DNA of 64,000 bases from Paramoeba atlantica (Eukaryota; Protista; Discosea), in NCBI GenBank assembly GCA_977017575.1, contig CDRNVI010000190.1, positions 1 through 64,000 on the forward strand. The letters are read 5' to 3'. Below are positions 31,691 through 43,588 of this stretch, piece by piece; within the stretch, counting starts at the first letter, position 1; each line of letters starts with the position of its first letter. The notes under the pieces were generated by a model. The model was not told where the DNA came from. It did no database searches and worked only from the letters and a program-made list of their open reading frames with translations. The position numbers and the translations under genes were made by a program.

Positions 31691-34600
31691 TCAGTTTGGA
31701 TTAAAAGACTCATCAAACTCATAATCAGATGAGAGTGGCAGAGGAGTTGTTCCCTTTCGAAAATCTTTAAAGCAACTTTCTTTTGGTTCTTTTGTGAATA
31801 AGGGACCAGATGGGTCAAACTCAGTGGTTATTTTCAACACAGTGACACATTCCTTGAAAAGTGGAAGAGAAGAGAATTAATTAAAAAAAAGAAAAGGAAA
31901 GAAACAAAAAAAAAATAGAAAAAAAGAAGTAAAAACCGTTTTTTTCTCAAGAACTTGTTGCAAATGTTTTGGTGCTTCACGAGGACCATAGGCTAACAAA
32001 AAATGGGCTGCCTCATTCCTCTCCGTCTTTTCATTCCATTTCACATACGAAATAACAATTTTCCCGAAATTTCTCTCACTAAAACGAATTAAAAAGGTGC
32101 CTCTTTCTTCGTAAGACAGGAGGAGGTCCGCTTCTTTTCGAGTGATAAATCCGAGGACAAGACCTTTCATCCAAAGAGAATGAAAGGGCAATTGATGGCG
32201 AATACGACGACATGCTAATCCAAACCAATTCCAAAAATCATCATAATCTTCTTTACTGATCTTCTTCTTATTTTGAAATCGAGTTTTGGCCAAAAAATTC
32301 AAATCGTTAATCGAAAGAGGGCGTTCTGGCTTGACCATATCTTGTCTTGTTGAACGAATAAAATGGGATTGAATGAGATTCGCAAGATGTTCGAATGTGA
32401 TTTTATCCTTATCGAAAGCCTTGATCTTCATTAATAATCCCTCAGAATCACCCCATTGACTTTCATTTGTAATCACCACAAAAGGAGCAGAGGGAGGGCT
32501 TCGAATGGAGACTAAAGTTCCGTACTTATCCTCTGTCATAAATCGAACACGAACGGTAAAAAATAAATGAGCAATATTCAAACGAGTAGGTTTCGCGAAC
32601 TTCAAATCATAAAATGTTGCAAATCCCTCTTCGTCAAGAGATCGTTCCCCAGCAACAAAAACTTCCTCTCCTTTCTTTGAATCTTCTGAAACAACTTCTG
32701 CTGTCACTTTTGACTCCGTTGAATAGCATACCTTTCAAAAAAAAAAGGAAGTGAGTGATGATCAGAACACTCCTGAAAATTTAAAAAAACACACATCCAC
32801 ACACAGATAAAAAGAGGAAAAGAAACCTTGGAAGCAGTCAACAGTCGAACAAGGGTTGGTTCTTCATGCTCTCCATCCGCACCAGAAACTGTTGTCCCTA
32901 AAATTTTGCGAGTTAAGATTTTTTGAAAGAAAGAGAGAAGGAATTATTTTTTGTGTTATGTTAAAAGAGGGGATAAAAGTTCTAAAAAGCAAACCTTTCT
33001 TGATCGGCTTAGGAAAAGGCTGTTTGGCTATCACAAGCTTGGCAATACAATGAACATCAGTAGATCGTTTCTTTAAATGATCTAACTCTAATTCATACAG
33101 CTCTAATTGCTCCAATTCCAAGCGAAGATCTCTTTCAAGACAATTTGCTTCTTGAATGGTAAAAGGCATCAAAATGGATGACCTCAACAACGACGAACAT
33201 TTGTTTAAACAATCGCTGATGTATGAACGAGCCTTTGAATGCATTGCTACTAGCTTCATTGAATCATTTTTTCCAATCCTCGGATTCACTGGTGTTTGTT
33301 TTTGTTTTGTTCGAAGATCAGACATAAAAGGTTTGATCACTTCATTGTAGCTTTTGTACAACTCATTTAAGTCATAGACAGCGCTTGGTAAAATTTTCCA
33401 GTGATGATGTTGGGGAAAATAATAGGGGTTTTGAGTTTGACTTGAAGAAGAAGAAGAAGAAGAAGATGCTGATGATGATGATGGCGAAGGGGAAGGAGAT
33501 GGGATAGGAGAATGTAACATTGTCCCTCCCCCGTTTGGAATTTGAACAGAACGTCCATGATCTGTTGGAGAAGCGGAATACATGGAAGTGGAGGATCTTG
33601 TTGGGTATCTATTTTGCTGGACTGGATTACTTGTTGTCCCAGAAGATGTTGATGTGTTTGGGGTGGTAACTGAGACAGGAACTGACGTGAGAGTGAGAGT
33701 TGGGGGAGGTGGAGCTTGTGATAGGGACTGCGAGCTGTTTGAAGGGAGAGGTGAACGAAAGGTTGTGGATTTAGGCTGCTGGGATGTTCCTTCTTTTGCG
33801 GCTAAAGCAGCAGCTCTTGTCATCGGTCGCGAAAAAGGACTTTGATATAAAATTATTTAGTCTCAAAAAAAAAAAAAGACAATACAAAAAGAAAAAGAAA
33901 TAACATTGAATAAACAAGTAAAAAAAAGAAAAAAAAACTTGTCTCGAAGAGCGGACCGATCCTCTTGGTCCTCTTTCTTAACGGTTTCTTGGTCTAACTT
34001 CAACTTTTCCTTTCCTGCTCCATAGGATGTTTGCGGCTGAAAAGAACCTTCATCAACCTGGAGAGAGGATGGGGAAGCAGTAATCGAAGGGGAGGCAGAG
34101 AGGGATAACTCCGAATTTTCCAAGTTCATGAGCTGAGAAGAAGTTAAGACAATACCGGGTGGAACGCCACTCTTCATCTGTTCGAGAAACGCTTGCCATT
34201 CCTGCGGAGGGGGAGCATTCCAGCCATCGCTCAATGTGAGAGCACCACCACTTGTTGTTAAAGCAGGAGAATTTGAACTTGTTCGTAAAAAGTCGGAAAA
34301 ATCGATATTTCTTGAGGGTGATAATTTGTCTTCTACAAAAAGAAGATGAACACAAAAAAGAACGGGATTAAAAGAACAAAAAAAAAACAGAAAAATCAGA
34401 AAAGAAGGGGAGAAAAGAGAGAGAGAGAGAGAAAATTTCATACGTGGAGTTTGTGGTGGATTTAAACTTTCCCCATCAGATCCTTCAAAGCCTGTTTTTG
34501 TATGAAGTTCAGTCAGCCAGACTTGCCAAACTTGTCCCCTTCTTATCATCTCTCTCCCCCTTCTTTTTCCACACACACACACAAAACACCTTTGTTAAAG

Positions 34601-34740
34601 ACTAAAGAAAAGGACTTACGTCGAGCTTTTTTTGCTGGAGGAGGAAACCAAGACTTATTTTCTTCTTCACCCACATCACTTGATTTCAAAAACCCTCGCC
34701 ACTCACTGCTCCCCGAAAGGGGGCCCTCACCATTCATCAT
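31691..34740 (-). CDS. Dictyostelium-type STAT transcription factor (coiled coil, DNA-binding, SH2), multi-exon; single-base frameshift in last exon
   Basis: KLVIAKQPFP, PFVVITNESQW, RPLSINDL, FWNWFG and SH2 GTFLIRFSERN. The Tyr-containing tail (SSDYEF) is reached only with one extra base at ~31802-31804. Confidence 0.9.
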
Positions 34741-35083
34741 AATCACGTTCAAGGAACAAACAATAAAGCAACAAAAAAACGTTTCAAAAAACCAAAAAAG
34801 AAAAAGACAAATTCAAAAAACCAACAAAGGAAGAACAACAACAAAAAAAAAAGAAAAGAACAACAAAAAAAAAAACAGACACAAAAACCAAACCCAAAGG
34901 GGAAGTTGTGAAAATAAAAAAAAATAAGAGGCTCAAAAAAAGGAACAAACGAAGAAAAAGACGAGAGAAAAAAAAAATAAAAAAACGTCAAAACGAATTA
35001 CGATGTTTTTTGACGTTTTTTAGCTTTTTTTGGGTTGCGAAAACCTTTTCGTTTTTGAGCTGAATTTGTTTTGTCTGGGAAAA

Positions 35084-35936
35084 ATGGGGGAAGAGAAAGG
35101 ATGGAGAGAAGTCGTTGAGAGGGGATCATATTTTTTTTCAAAAGAAAAGATTTTTGAAAGTTCCCCAATCAACACACTTTCAAAAGTGGAAGAAGATGAT
35201 GAGAGTGGGGCGGAGGGAACCACTTTGGTCAAGCGCAAGTGGGTTTGGTCAAAAGACCAATGGCAAACAAGGGCTCTCCCTCTTGTTAAAACTCTTTTTT
35301 GTTTTGGTGGTTTGGCTGGTGCTGTTGTTGGTATTCGCAGGTTTTTTTTTCATATTTTTATCTTTTTAAAAGAAAAAAATTCTCGTCTTGTTGTCTCAGA
35401 CAAAAAAGAGAGGTCAACTTTATGGGTTACATCGCCAAATGGGAAATAAAGACACCCAAATGATGAGTCGAGGACGTTTTATTCTTAATTGTATGGCCAT
35501 TGAAGGAACTCGCACATCTCTCATCATGGCAGTCAAGTGGCCTTTCTTAGCGACTTCGTTTTTGACAACTCAGGTCTGTTTTTTTTCTTTCTCAAAGGAA
35601 AAAGGAGAAACAACAAAACCCATCCATTTTGAATTCGAATCAAGAAAATAAGCTCATGATTTATTTTTTTTTCCTTTGCAGATTGGAATGGAAGCGATCA
35701 GAGAAGTTGATGACTACAAAAATGGAATGGTTGCTGGTTCAGTTGTCCTTTCAATGTTTGCTTTCCCTTCCACTGGATGGATGGGTTCTGTTGCCGGAAT
35801 TTTCTTTGGCGCTCCTTTTGGGGCAATAGCCAGACCCTTGTTCTCTGGTTTTTCTCAATGGCGAGCTGATTGTTTGGATGATTTTTTGAACTCTTTTTTG
35901 TCTAAACAGAGCCAAAACATTGAAGAAGAAGAATAG
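35084..35936 (+). CDS. Tim17/Tim22/Tim23-family membrane protein (TIMMDC1-like), 3 exons
   Basis: Gly-rich TM segments FGGLAGAVVG and REVDDYKNGMVAG...GSVAGIFFGAPFG. Consistent GT-AG introns. Confidence 0.55.
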
Positions 35937-36156
35937 CTTTCTGTTTTCAAACTTTCCCTCCCCAAACTTTGATAGATCAAAAACATATATTGAGAGCTCC
36001 CAATGAATAAAGAGACATGGGATTCAGTTCTCCATTCCTTTCGACAATCTCATTATTCCTCGAAAGCAACAGTTTTCGTTTCGAAAAAATAGAGCCCCAA
36101 AAATTATTTAAGGCTTGGAGCGCACACTTTTCAAGTCAAGAAAAGAGAGAGAGGAG

Positions 36157-38967
36157 ATGAGCTCCAGTTCAAGTTCAGAGTCAGACTCTGATTTTGAACC
36201 ACCCCAGAGACCTCTAAAACGAAGTCTTGGGGGTGAAGAGAAACCTGTTGTTGGAACTGTGGGAGTTGGAGGTGAACGGAAAGAAGGAGGAGGGTTCCAA
36301 AGTTTGAAACCGAAACTGGATAATTTGAAAAGAAAAGGAGAGGAGAGGTATCGTGAGTTAAAGAGGAAAGGTGAAGATTTAAGACAGAGGGGATACTTGA
36401 GGAAAAGATTTTTCTTTATTCCCCTTGGGATTCTTCTTTTGCTTGCTTTTCTTCGGACAAGGGACGTGAAAAGGTATTTGTTCTCTTTCATTCACTTTTC
36501 TGATTCCCACTGATTCCCCTCCCATCACAACACACCCTTTTCTTTGTCAAAGAATTATTGGGGTTTAAAATCATAAAAAGAAATGAATCTTTTCGTTCTT
36601 CCTCCCCCAAACCTCAAACTTCAGAATGAATGTGAAAGAAAAGAAAAGAAGTTTGACCATTTTTTTTTTAGTGGGCTGGAAAACTCCAGAGAATTTGTTA
36701 AAAATGTGTTACCTCAGCCTGCTCCTCTCCGCCCTGGTGAAGAGCTTGGTTCATCTTTTCCCTTTTTTTTCTTTTCCTCTCTGATCAATTCTGACAGTCC
36801 CAAATAGCTGCAAAGGGAGCAAAACCAAAGTACCCAGTTTTGATGATTCCTGGTGTCATTAGTGGGGGTTTGGAGCTTTGGAAAGGAGAAAGGTTTTCTC
36901 GTTCATATTTTTTCTGTCCCTGTTAAAGGGATGATCTATTTATCAATCTGGAAATAGTTGTGCTTCTCATTTATTTCGTAAGAGGATATGGGGAGGAATG
37001 GCAATGGCCAAAGAGTTAATATCCAATCTTGATTGTTGGGAGCGGATGATGCGACTTGATCCAAAGACAGGTTAGTTTCCCAAACTTTATTCTTTTTTTT
37101 GCGACCATTATTCATTCTTTTACCACTCAGGATTAGACCCAGAAGGAATTAAAGTTCGAGGAGCTGTGGGGTTAGGAGCAGCTGATTACCTCTTTCCCGG
37201 ATTTTGGGTTTGGGCGAGGGTGAATTTTTCTTTTTATTCTCTCGATTTTTTATTATTCCTGATCCTTTTTTTTTGGGGGGGGGGGGTAGGTTATCGAAAA
37301 CTTGGGAGATCTTGGCTATGATTCAAATCAGATCGATTTAATTGGGTTTGATTGGCGTCTTTCTTTCCAAAATAGTGAAAAGAGGGATCTCCTAATGACT
37401 AAGGTTTGTGTGATGAATGAAGATATGTTAATTGATGGGTGTTAAATTTTTGCTGAAAAAAGACTTTCTTGTTGTGTTTTAGATTAAGCGAGCAATTGAA
37501 ATCCTGCGACAAACAATGGGTGAAAAAGTAGTTGTTGTGAGTCATTCAATGGGAAGTAATCTGTTCTACCACTTCATGAAATGGGTTGAGAGTGATGAGG
37601 GAGGTCAAGGGGGAGATCGTTGGGTTGATGAAAATGTTCAGAGTATATAATTTTCTTTCTTTCTTTCTTTTGTTGTTTCTTTTTGATTTATTTTTGTTTT
37701 GTCAGCGTTTGTGAGTATTGGGGGGTCTTTTCTCGGTTCACCAAAAGCCTATGCTGCTCTCCTTTCCGGTGAAATGAAAGATACCGCAATGTTGGGAAAA
37801 GGAGCAGTTCTTGTTGATCAATATGTCCCTAAAACAGATCGTGTCAAGATTATGAGAACCTTTCACAGTTTGATGAACTTGCTACCGAAAGGGGGATCTG
37901 CTCTTTGGGGGAATACCTCTTATGCACCAGATGATATTGGATGGCCATTAGAATCAAGCAACAAGATAACCGATAACGAAGAGACAAATTGTGTTGATGA
38001 ATTTGGATCCTTGGGGAATTTTTTGCAGATCAACAAGGGAAAGTGCAAAAAAGATTATTCAATCGAAGAGTCGTTAGAATTACTGTTAGATATTGGCGGT
38101 GAACATTTTCAAAATATGTATCAGAAACAGTATGCGCAAGATGGTGTTGTGTTGGATTTTGGGAAAGACGGAAAGACGGAGCCATCTTCCTGGGGAAATC
38201 CCCTTGCAAGCCCGCTTCCTTTCGCCCCAAATCTGACGGTTCATTGTTGGTATGGAATTAGCAAATTAACCGAACGTAATTATAATTATCGACCAGTTTC
38301 TGGAAGTGGATTCTTTTTCGGCAAGAAAAATACGCCAACTGAAGAAGAAGAAGATATTGGGCCAGGAGATGACTCTTGTACAAATACTGATGAAAATCAG
38401 CAGGATCTAAATGAAAGTGAGAGTCCTCGAAATTGCCAATTTTCGAAAAAGAAGGGAAGTTCTGAGGGAAATGATGTGTTTTATGAAATTGATATTGATT
38501 CAAAAGGGAGCCCTCAATGTGAGCGTGCGAGTGGAGTTGGTACAAGCGATGGTGATGGGACAGTCCCTCTTGTGAGTCTTGGGTATATGTGTGTGAAGGT
38601 TAGTTATTGTTCTTCTCAACTCCTTTTGATTCAAACCTATTTTTAAATCCCTTCCTTTTTTATTTTTTCGTCTGTGTTTTGAAATAACTTGGTTTTGTTT
38701 ATTTTGATTTAGGGATGGAGAGATTCCCAATTACCTTTCAACCCTGGAAAGGCAAAAGTTGTCACCAAAGAATACATCGATTCTCGTGGGACTTTCAAAG
38801 AAGACGGTTTTGATTTTCGAGGGAAAAAGAGCGGTGATCATGTTGATATTATGGGAAATCACGCGATGATCAGTGATTTGTTGAACGTGGTGAGCGGTTT
38901 TGAGGAAGTACATGAAGCAGTTTACTCGAAGATTCATGAAATTGCTGAAAGGGTGCATTTAAAATAG
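36157..38967 (+). CDS. PDAT: Phospholipid:diacylglycerol acyltransferase (LCAT/PDAT family), multi-exon
   Basis: N-terminal TM. KYPVLMIPGVISGGLELW, VVVVSHSMG (Ser), DGDGTVPL (Asp) and GDHVDIMGN (His). Confidence 0.92.
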
Positions 38968-39316
38968 TTTTTTTTTGTTGTTGAGAAAGGACATTTGAGG
39001 AATTTTCAGAGAATAATAGCTCTTCCAATCCAAGAGTATGTGAAAAACTTTTGATTTGGTTCTTTTTTTTTTTTCCTTCCTTGTTTTCTAAAAGCCACAA
39101 AGAAAGGGGATACACTTTTTGTCCAACAAATGTGCCCTCTAATCTCTTTTCGCTGGTTTGAAATTCTGAAAGGAGAAGAAAATTAATTCACAGAGGCATA
39201 AAAAGGTCAGAGAGAAAGAAACCTTCCCAAATAAGCTTTCTTCTCGTTCTTTGACACCCTGAAAGGAAATATAGTTTTCAAAAAAAAGAATTTTCACAAA
39301 TTTTCAATTGATTAAA

Positions 39317-40096
39317 CTACCTTTGAACTCGTTGCAGCAGCAAAACGTGCTTCCCAAACTTCCCATCCAGGGTTCCCTGAGAGGCTGTTCTTTCTTTTTC
39401 AATAATTGTCAAATTGTTGAAAAATAAGTAAATTGAAACTCAATTATTCTGATCAGGGCATTTTGCATGATGCTGTCATAAATCTGACTCAAACCTTCTT
39501 CTCCAATTTGATTGTCCCAAAGACTATCCCAAAATTTTGTCAAAAAGATTTTGATTTCGAAAGTGAAGAGAGAATAATTACAAAAGACGAAGAAGAGATT
39601 GGTTTTGAAGAATTTCTTTTGCAAGAGCAGCTGCGGTAAGGTCCCCAACTTGATTTTTACTGAAACTACATTGAAGAAGTGAGTCAAAAAAAGAGAAAGA
39701 AAGGAAGAAGACGAAATTTGGAACTGGATTGCTTTCAGGTTAGGGAGGAGGGGGAGGGCTTCAATAATTCGAATGGCCTTCTCATCATCAAGATTTTGAT
39801 TATACAAACTTTGTTCAATTTTTTAGACAGGTTATCAGGGAAAAAAGAGAGAGATGGAAAGGGGGAGGACTTGATTTGGTTGATCTCGTGAGAAAATTTT
39901 TTCATTGCTTCGATGAAAATGTCAATATCTTCGAGACTTTTTCCCCTTTTTAACCTGCCAAATTCATTCCAGAACAATCAATTTTTGGGAATCAAAAGAA
40001 ATGATGAGATCAAAAATTTCGAAACTTGAGAGTCTTGGCGGTACTGAGTACCCAAGAAGATCCCTCGCCCAATTGCTCTTGGTGATTGAATGCCAT
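39317..40096 (-). CDS. Small RNI-like leucine-rich-repeat protein, copy 1
   Basis: LYNQNLDDEKAIRIIEAL, NQVGDLTAAALAKEI and LWDNQIGEEGLSQIYDSI, split by GT-AG introns. Confidence 0.65.
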
Positions 40097-40601
40097 CACA
40101 CTTCCAGAACCTGGATCCTCAACTCCTCCGAAGATTGCTCCCTTCAGCAAACAAGAAAAAGAAAGAGAGGGGAGGAGAAAACTGTGACAGACTCAATTTT
40201 TCTCACCCTCCTTCGGAGAGTGCATTATTTAATTTTAATTTAATCTTGTTGTTGAGAAAGGATATTTGAGGAATTTTCAGAAAATATAGCTCTTTCAATC
40301 CAAAATTATGTGAAAAACTTTTGATTTGGTTCTTTTTTCCCCCCTTTTCTGAAAAAACCACAAAGAAAGGAGGACACTTTTTGTCCAACAAATAATTGTC
40401 CTCTAGTCTCTTTTCGCTGGTTTGAAATTCTGAGAGGAGAAGAAAATTAATTCACAAAGGGATAAAAGAGAAAAAGGTCAGAGAGAAACCGTCCCAAATG
40501 ACCTTATTTCTTCTCGTTCTTTGACACCCTGAAAGGAAATATAGTTTTCAAAAAAAATGAATTTTTTCACAAATTTTCAATTGATTAAAATACCTTTGGA
40601 C

Positions 40602-41364
40602 TCATTGCAGCAGCAAAACGGTCGTTCCAAACTTCCCATCCAGGGTTCCGTGAGAAGCTGTTCTTTCTTTTTCAATAATTGTCAAATTTTTGAAAAAAAA
40701 TAAGTAAATATGAAACTCAATTGTTCTGATCAGGGCATTTTGCATGATGCTGTCATAAATCTGACTCAAACCTTCTTCTCCAATTTGATTGTCCCAAAGA
40801 CTATCCCAAAATTTTGTCAAAAAGATTTTGATTCGCAAAAGTGAAGAGAGAATAATTACTAAACACGGATAAGAGATTGGTTTTGAAGGATTTCTTTTGC
40901 AAGAGCAGCTGCGGTAAGGTCCCCAACTTGATTTTTACTGAAACTACATTGAAGAAGTGAGCCAAAAAAGAGAAAGAAAGAAAATGAAATTTGGAACTGG
41001 ATTGATTTCAAGTCGGGTGTGAGGGAAAGGGCTTCAATAATTCGAATGGCCTTCTCATCATCAAGATTTTGATTAAACAAACTTTGTTTAATTTTTTAGA
41101 CAGGTTATCAGAGAGAGAGAAGTAAAAGAGATGAGAAGGGAGGAGGACTTGATTTGGTTGATCTCATGAGAAAATGTGTTCATTGCTTCGATAAAATTGT
41201 CAATATCTTCGAGACTTTTTCCCCTTTTTAACCTGCCAAATCGCAAATTCATTCCAGTACAATAATCAAAAGAAATGAGCTCACAAATTTCGAAACTCGA
41301 GAGTATTGGACTTCAATATCCAAGATGGAGACTTCTCCCCTTCACCAGATTTCGATGCTGCCAT
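40602..41364 (-). CDS. Small RNI-like leucine-rich-repeat protein, copy 2
   Basis: Same exons as copy 1. Ends slightly earlier through CGA>TGA at 40602-40604. Confidence 0.65.
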
Positions 41365-41533
41365 CACGCTTCCAGAACCTGGAACCTCAACTCCTCCGAA
41401 GATTCAGCAAACAAGAAAAAGAAAGAGAGAGGGGAGAAGAAAACTGTGACAGACTCAAATTTTTTCTCTTTCCTTTTCACGTTCGTTCCTGCTGCTCGTT
41501 TTCGGGAAACGGCCTTTCTCAAACTCCCAAAAG

Positions 41534-42778
41534 ATGAGCTCTGAAGAAATCCCCAACACAATGAAAGGACTTTGCTACAAAGAATATGGAGAAGCAACCA
41601 AAGTTATCGAATTTCTGGACAATATCCCCGTTCCAAAACCAGGGGCTGACCAACTCTTGATTCGTCAATACGCGAGTGCTATTGATCCGGTGGATTACAA
41701 AATCATGTGTGGGAACTTGAAGATTGTTGAACTTGGAAGAGATTTCCCTATTATTCCAGGGTTTAATATATCTGGCGTTGTTGTGGCTCGTGGTAGAGGT
41801 TGTAAACGAGAGGATATCGAAGTTGGTCATCCTGTTATCGCGTATGCCAAAGCTCGAGAACGTGGAGCCCTTGCTGAGTATGTTTGCATCTCAGAAAATC
41901 TATGTACTCCTCGTCCAAATGGAATGTCTTTTATTGAAGCTGCTACTCTTCCACTTGTGGGAACGACATCTTGGCAAGCTCTCTATGATGTTGCAAAACT
42001 TTCTCTTGGTGAAAGTGTTCTTATTCTTGGAGGGACAACAGCCACTGGAATGGCTGGTATTCAAATTGCTGCTGCTCTTGGTGCTGCTCGTATTTCTTGT
42101 ACATGTTCTGAACGTAATTTTGAGTTTGTTCGGAACCTTGGTGCAACCGATCCCATTGATTATCGATCTTCTGATTGGCGTGAAGATCTTAGGGAAGCCT
42201 GTTTTGATGTTGTTTATGATTGTGTCGGAGGTTTTGAACCTTATGAGGCGTGTTGCGATGGAGAACGCCAACTAATGAACCTTAATCGAAACGGAGAGCG
42301 TCATTGTTATGTAACCATCTGTGGAGATCAGCAAGGATATCTTGGGGTTGCAAGGATGGCAAAGTCAGGAGCGCAAATTTTGTCTCGAAAAATGGCAAGC
42401 ATTGTACCAACTTCCCTTGGAGGTACTTCTCCAAACTATGATCTTATGACTGCAAAGCCGACGTTTCAAACAATCGAAACAGTTGCTGCACTTGCGGAAG
42501 GGGGAGCTCGTGCCAATCTGGTGATGCAGAAGCTCGTTGGGGTTGGAAATTTCTCCTTGCCAGAAAATCCACTGCGAGTTCTTGTTGAGGAATGTTACCC
42601 AATGAATGAGATAGAACGTGTTCGGGCAGCCTTTGAACGTTTGATGAGTGGTCGATCGAGAGGGAAGCAAGTAATTGTGATTCATGATGAAGAGAATGAA
42701 GGCGAGAAAGAGGTGGTGGAGAAGAAGAAAGAAGAAAAGGAAGAGGAGGGAGGTCAAGAAATGAAAGAAGAAAAGTGA
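41534..42778 (+). CDS. Zinc-independent MDR-family NAD(P)H quinone/alkenal oxidoreductase, intronless
   Basis: AIDPVDYKI, IPGFNISGVV, GALAEYV, EAATLPLVGTTSWQAL, SVLILGG, FDVVYDCVGG and SGRSRGKQVI. Confidence 0.88.
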   Translation: MSSEEIPNTMKGLCYKEYGEATKVIEFLDNIPVPKPGADQLLIRQYASAIDPVDYKIMCGNLKIVELGRDFPIIPGFNISGVVVARGRGCKREDIEVGHPVIAYAKARERGALAEYVCISENLCTPRPNGMSFIEAATLPLVGTTSWQALYDVAKLSLGESVLILGGTTATGMAGIQIAAALGAARISCTCSERNFEFVRNLGATDPIDYRSSDWREDLREACFDVVYDCVGGFEPYEACCDGERQLMNLNRNGERHCYVTICGDQQGYLGVARMAKSGAQILSRKMASIVPTSLGGTSPNYDLMTAKPTFQTIETVAALAEGGARANLVMQKLVGVGNFSLPENPLRVLVEECYPMNEIERVRAAFERLMSGRSRGKQVIVIHDEENEGEKEVVEKKKEEKEEEGGQEMKEEK

Positions 42779-43588
42779 AAAGTGATTTTGGAAATCACTC
42801 GATCAATTTTGAAAGAAAATAATATTTATTTCAAAGAGCTCGAATAAACCCCCTCCCAAGTTCATGATGGGGGAAAACCTGAAATCTTCCCTGTTTTGAT
42901 TCCTTGAAGTCCTTCCCTCTTGTTTTGAAGGTGTTTTGAGTTCCTGAGACAAGTTAAAATTGGATTAAAGGGAGAGGGGGGTTGGTGTTATTCTTTTCTT
43001 CTCTTACTCTTGGATTTTTGACCGTTTCTCATCATCTCCTCTTTTCCGACGAGTTTTTTTTTTGGGAGGGTGCTTTTTCGTGTTGTTTTTCTTTCCCAAA
43101 AACGATTTGGACCAAGACCAAAAATCCAAGGAGAACAAAAGACCTGTGAATGGAGAAAAGAAGATAGAGAAAGCAAAAAAGATGAAGGGGGGTTGAGAAG
43201 GCGAAAGATGGTCGAAAAAGGTATTGCTTTTTCTCATTTTGACGAATCCCTTTTTTGTCAAATTTTTTCTTTTCCGATTTCAATTTTCCCTTCTTCCATA
43301 GATCACCACCACACCGAACCAAAAACGTTATTCGGACCACGAAATCGGGTCCGGAACATTCTTCAATCATTCAAATTTTTTTTGAGGATCCCCAAAAAGA
43401 GCAAAAAAAGCTTCTCGCCGATTTTCAATTTTTGTGGTTTCTGCGTTTTTGCGTGACTCTTTCGAGGAACGGGGTTAAATAATTGATAACCCGACCTTCC
43501 TCTTAAATCCTTCTGTGAAAATCCAGACCCTCGTTAGCGCGCGGGTTTCGTTGGTCTGCTGTTTCTTTTGTTTCCCGTTTTACGAATT

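Larger units (their letters stand above)
38975..41465. repeat. Tandem duplication (~1.27 kb unit) containing a small LRR gene
   Basis: ttgttgttgagaaagg recurs at ~38975 and ~40246, and aaaactgtgacagactca at ~40179 and ~41441. Internal exons and introns are nearly identical. Confidence 0.9.
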
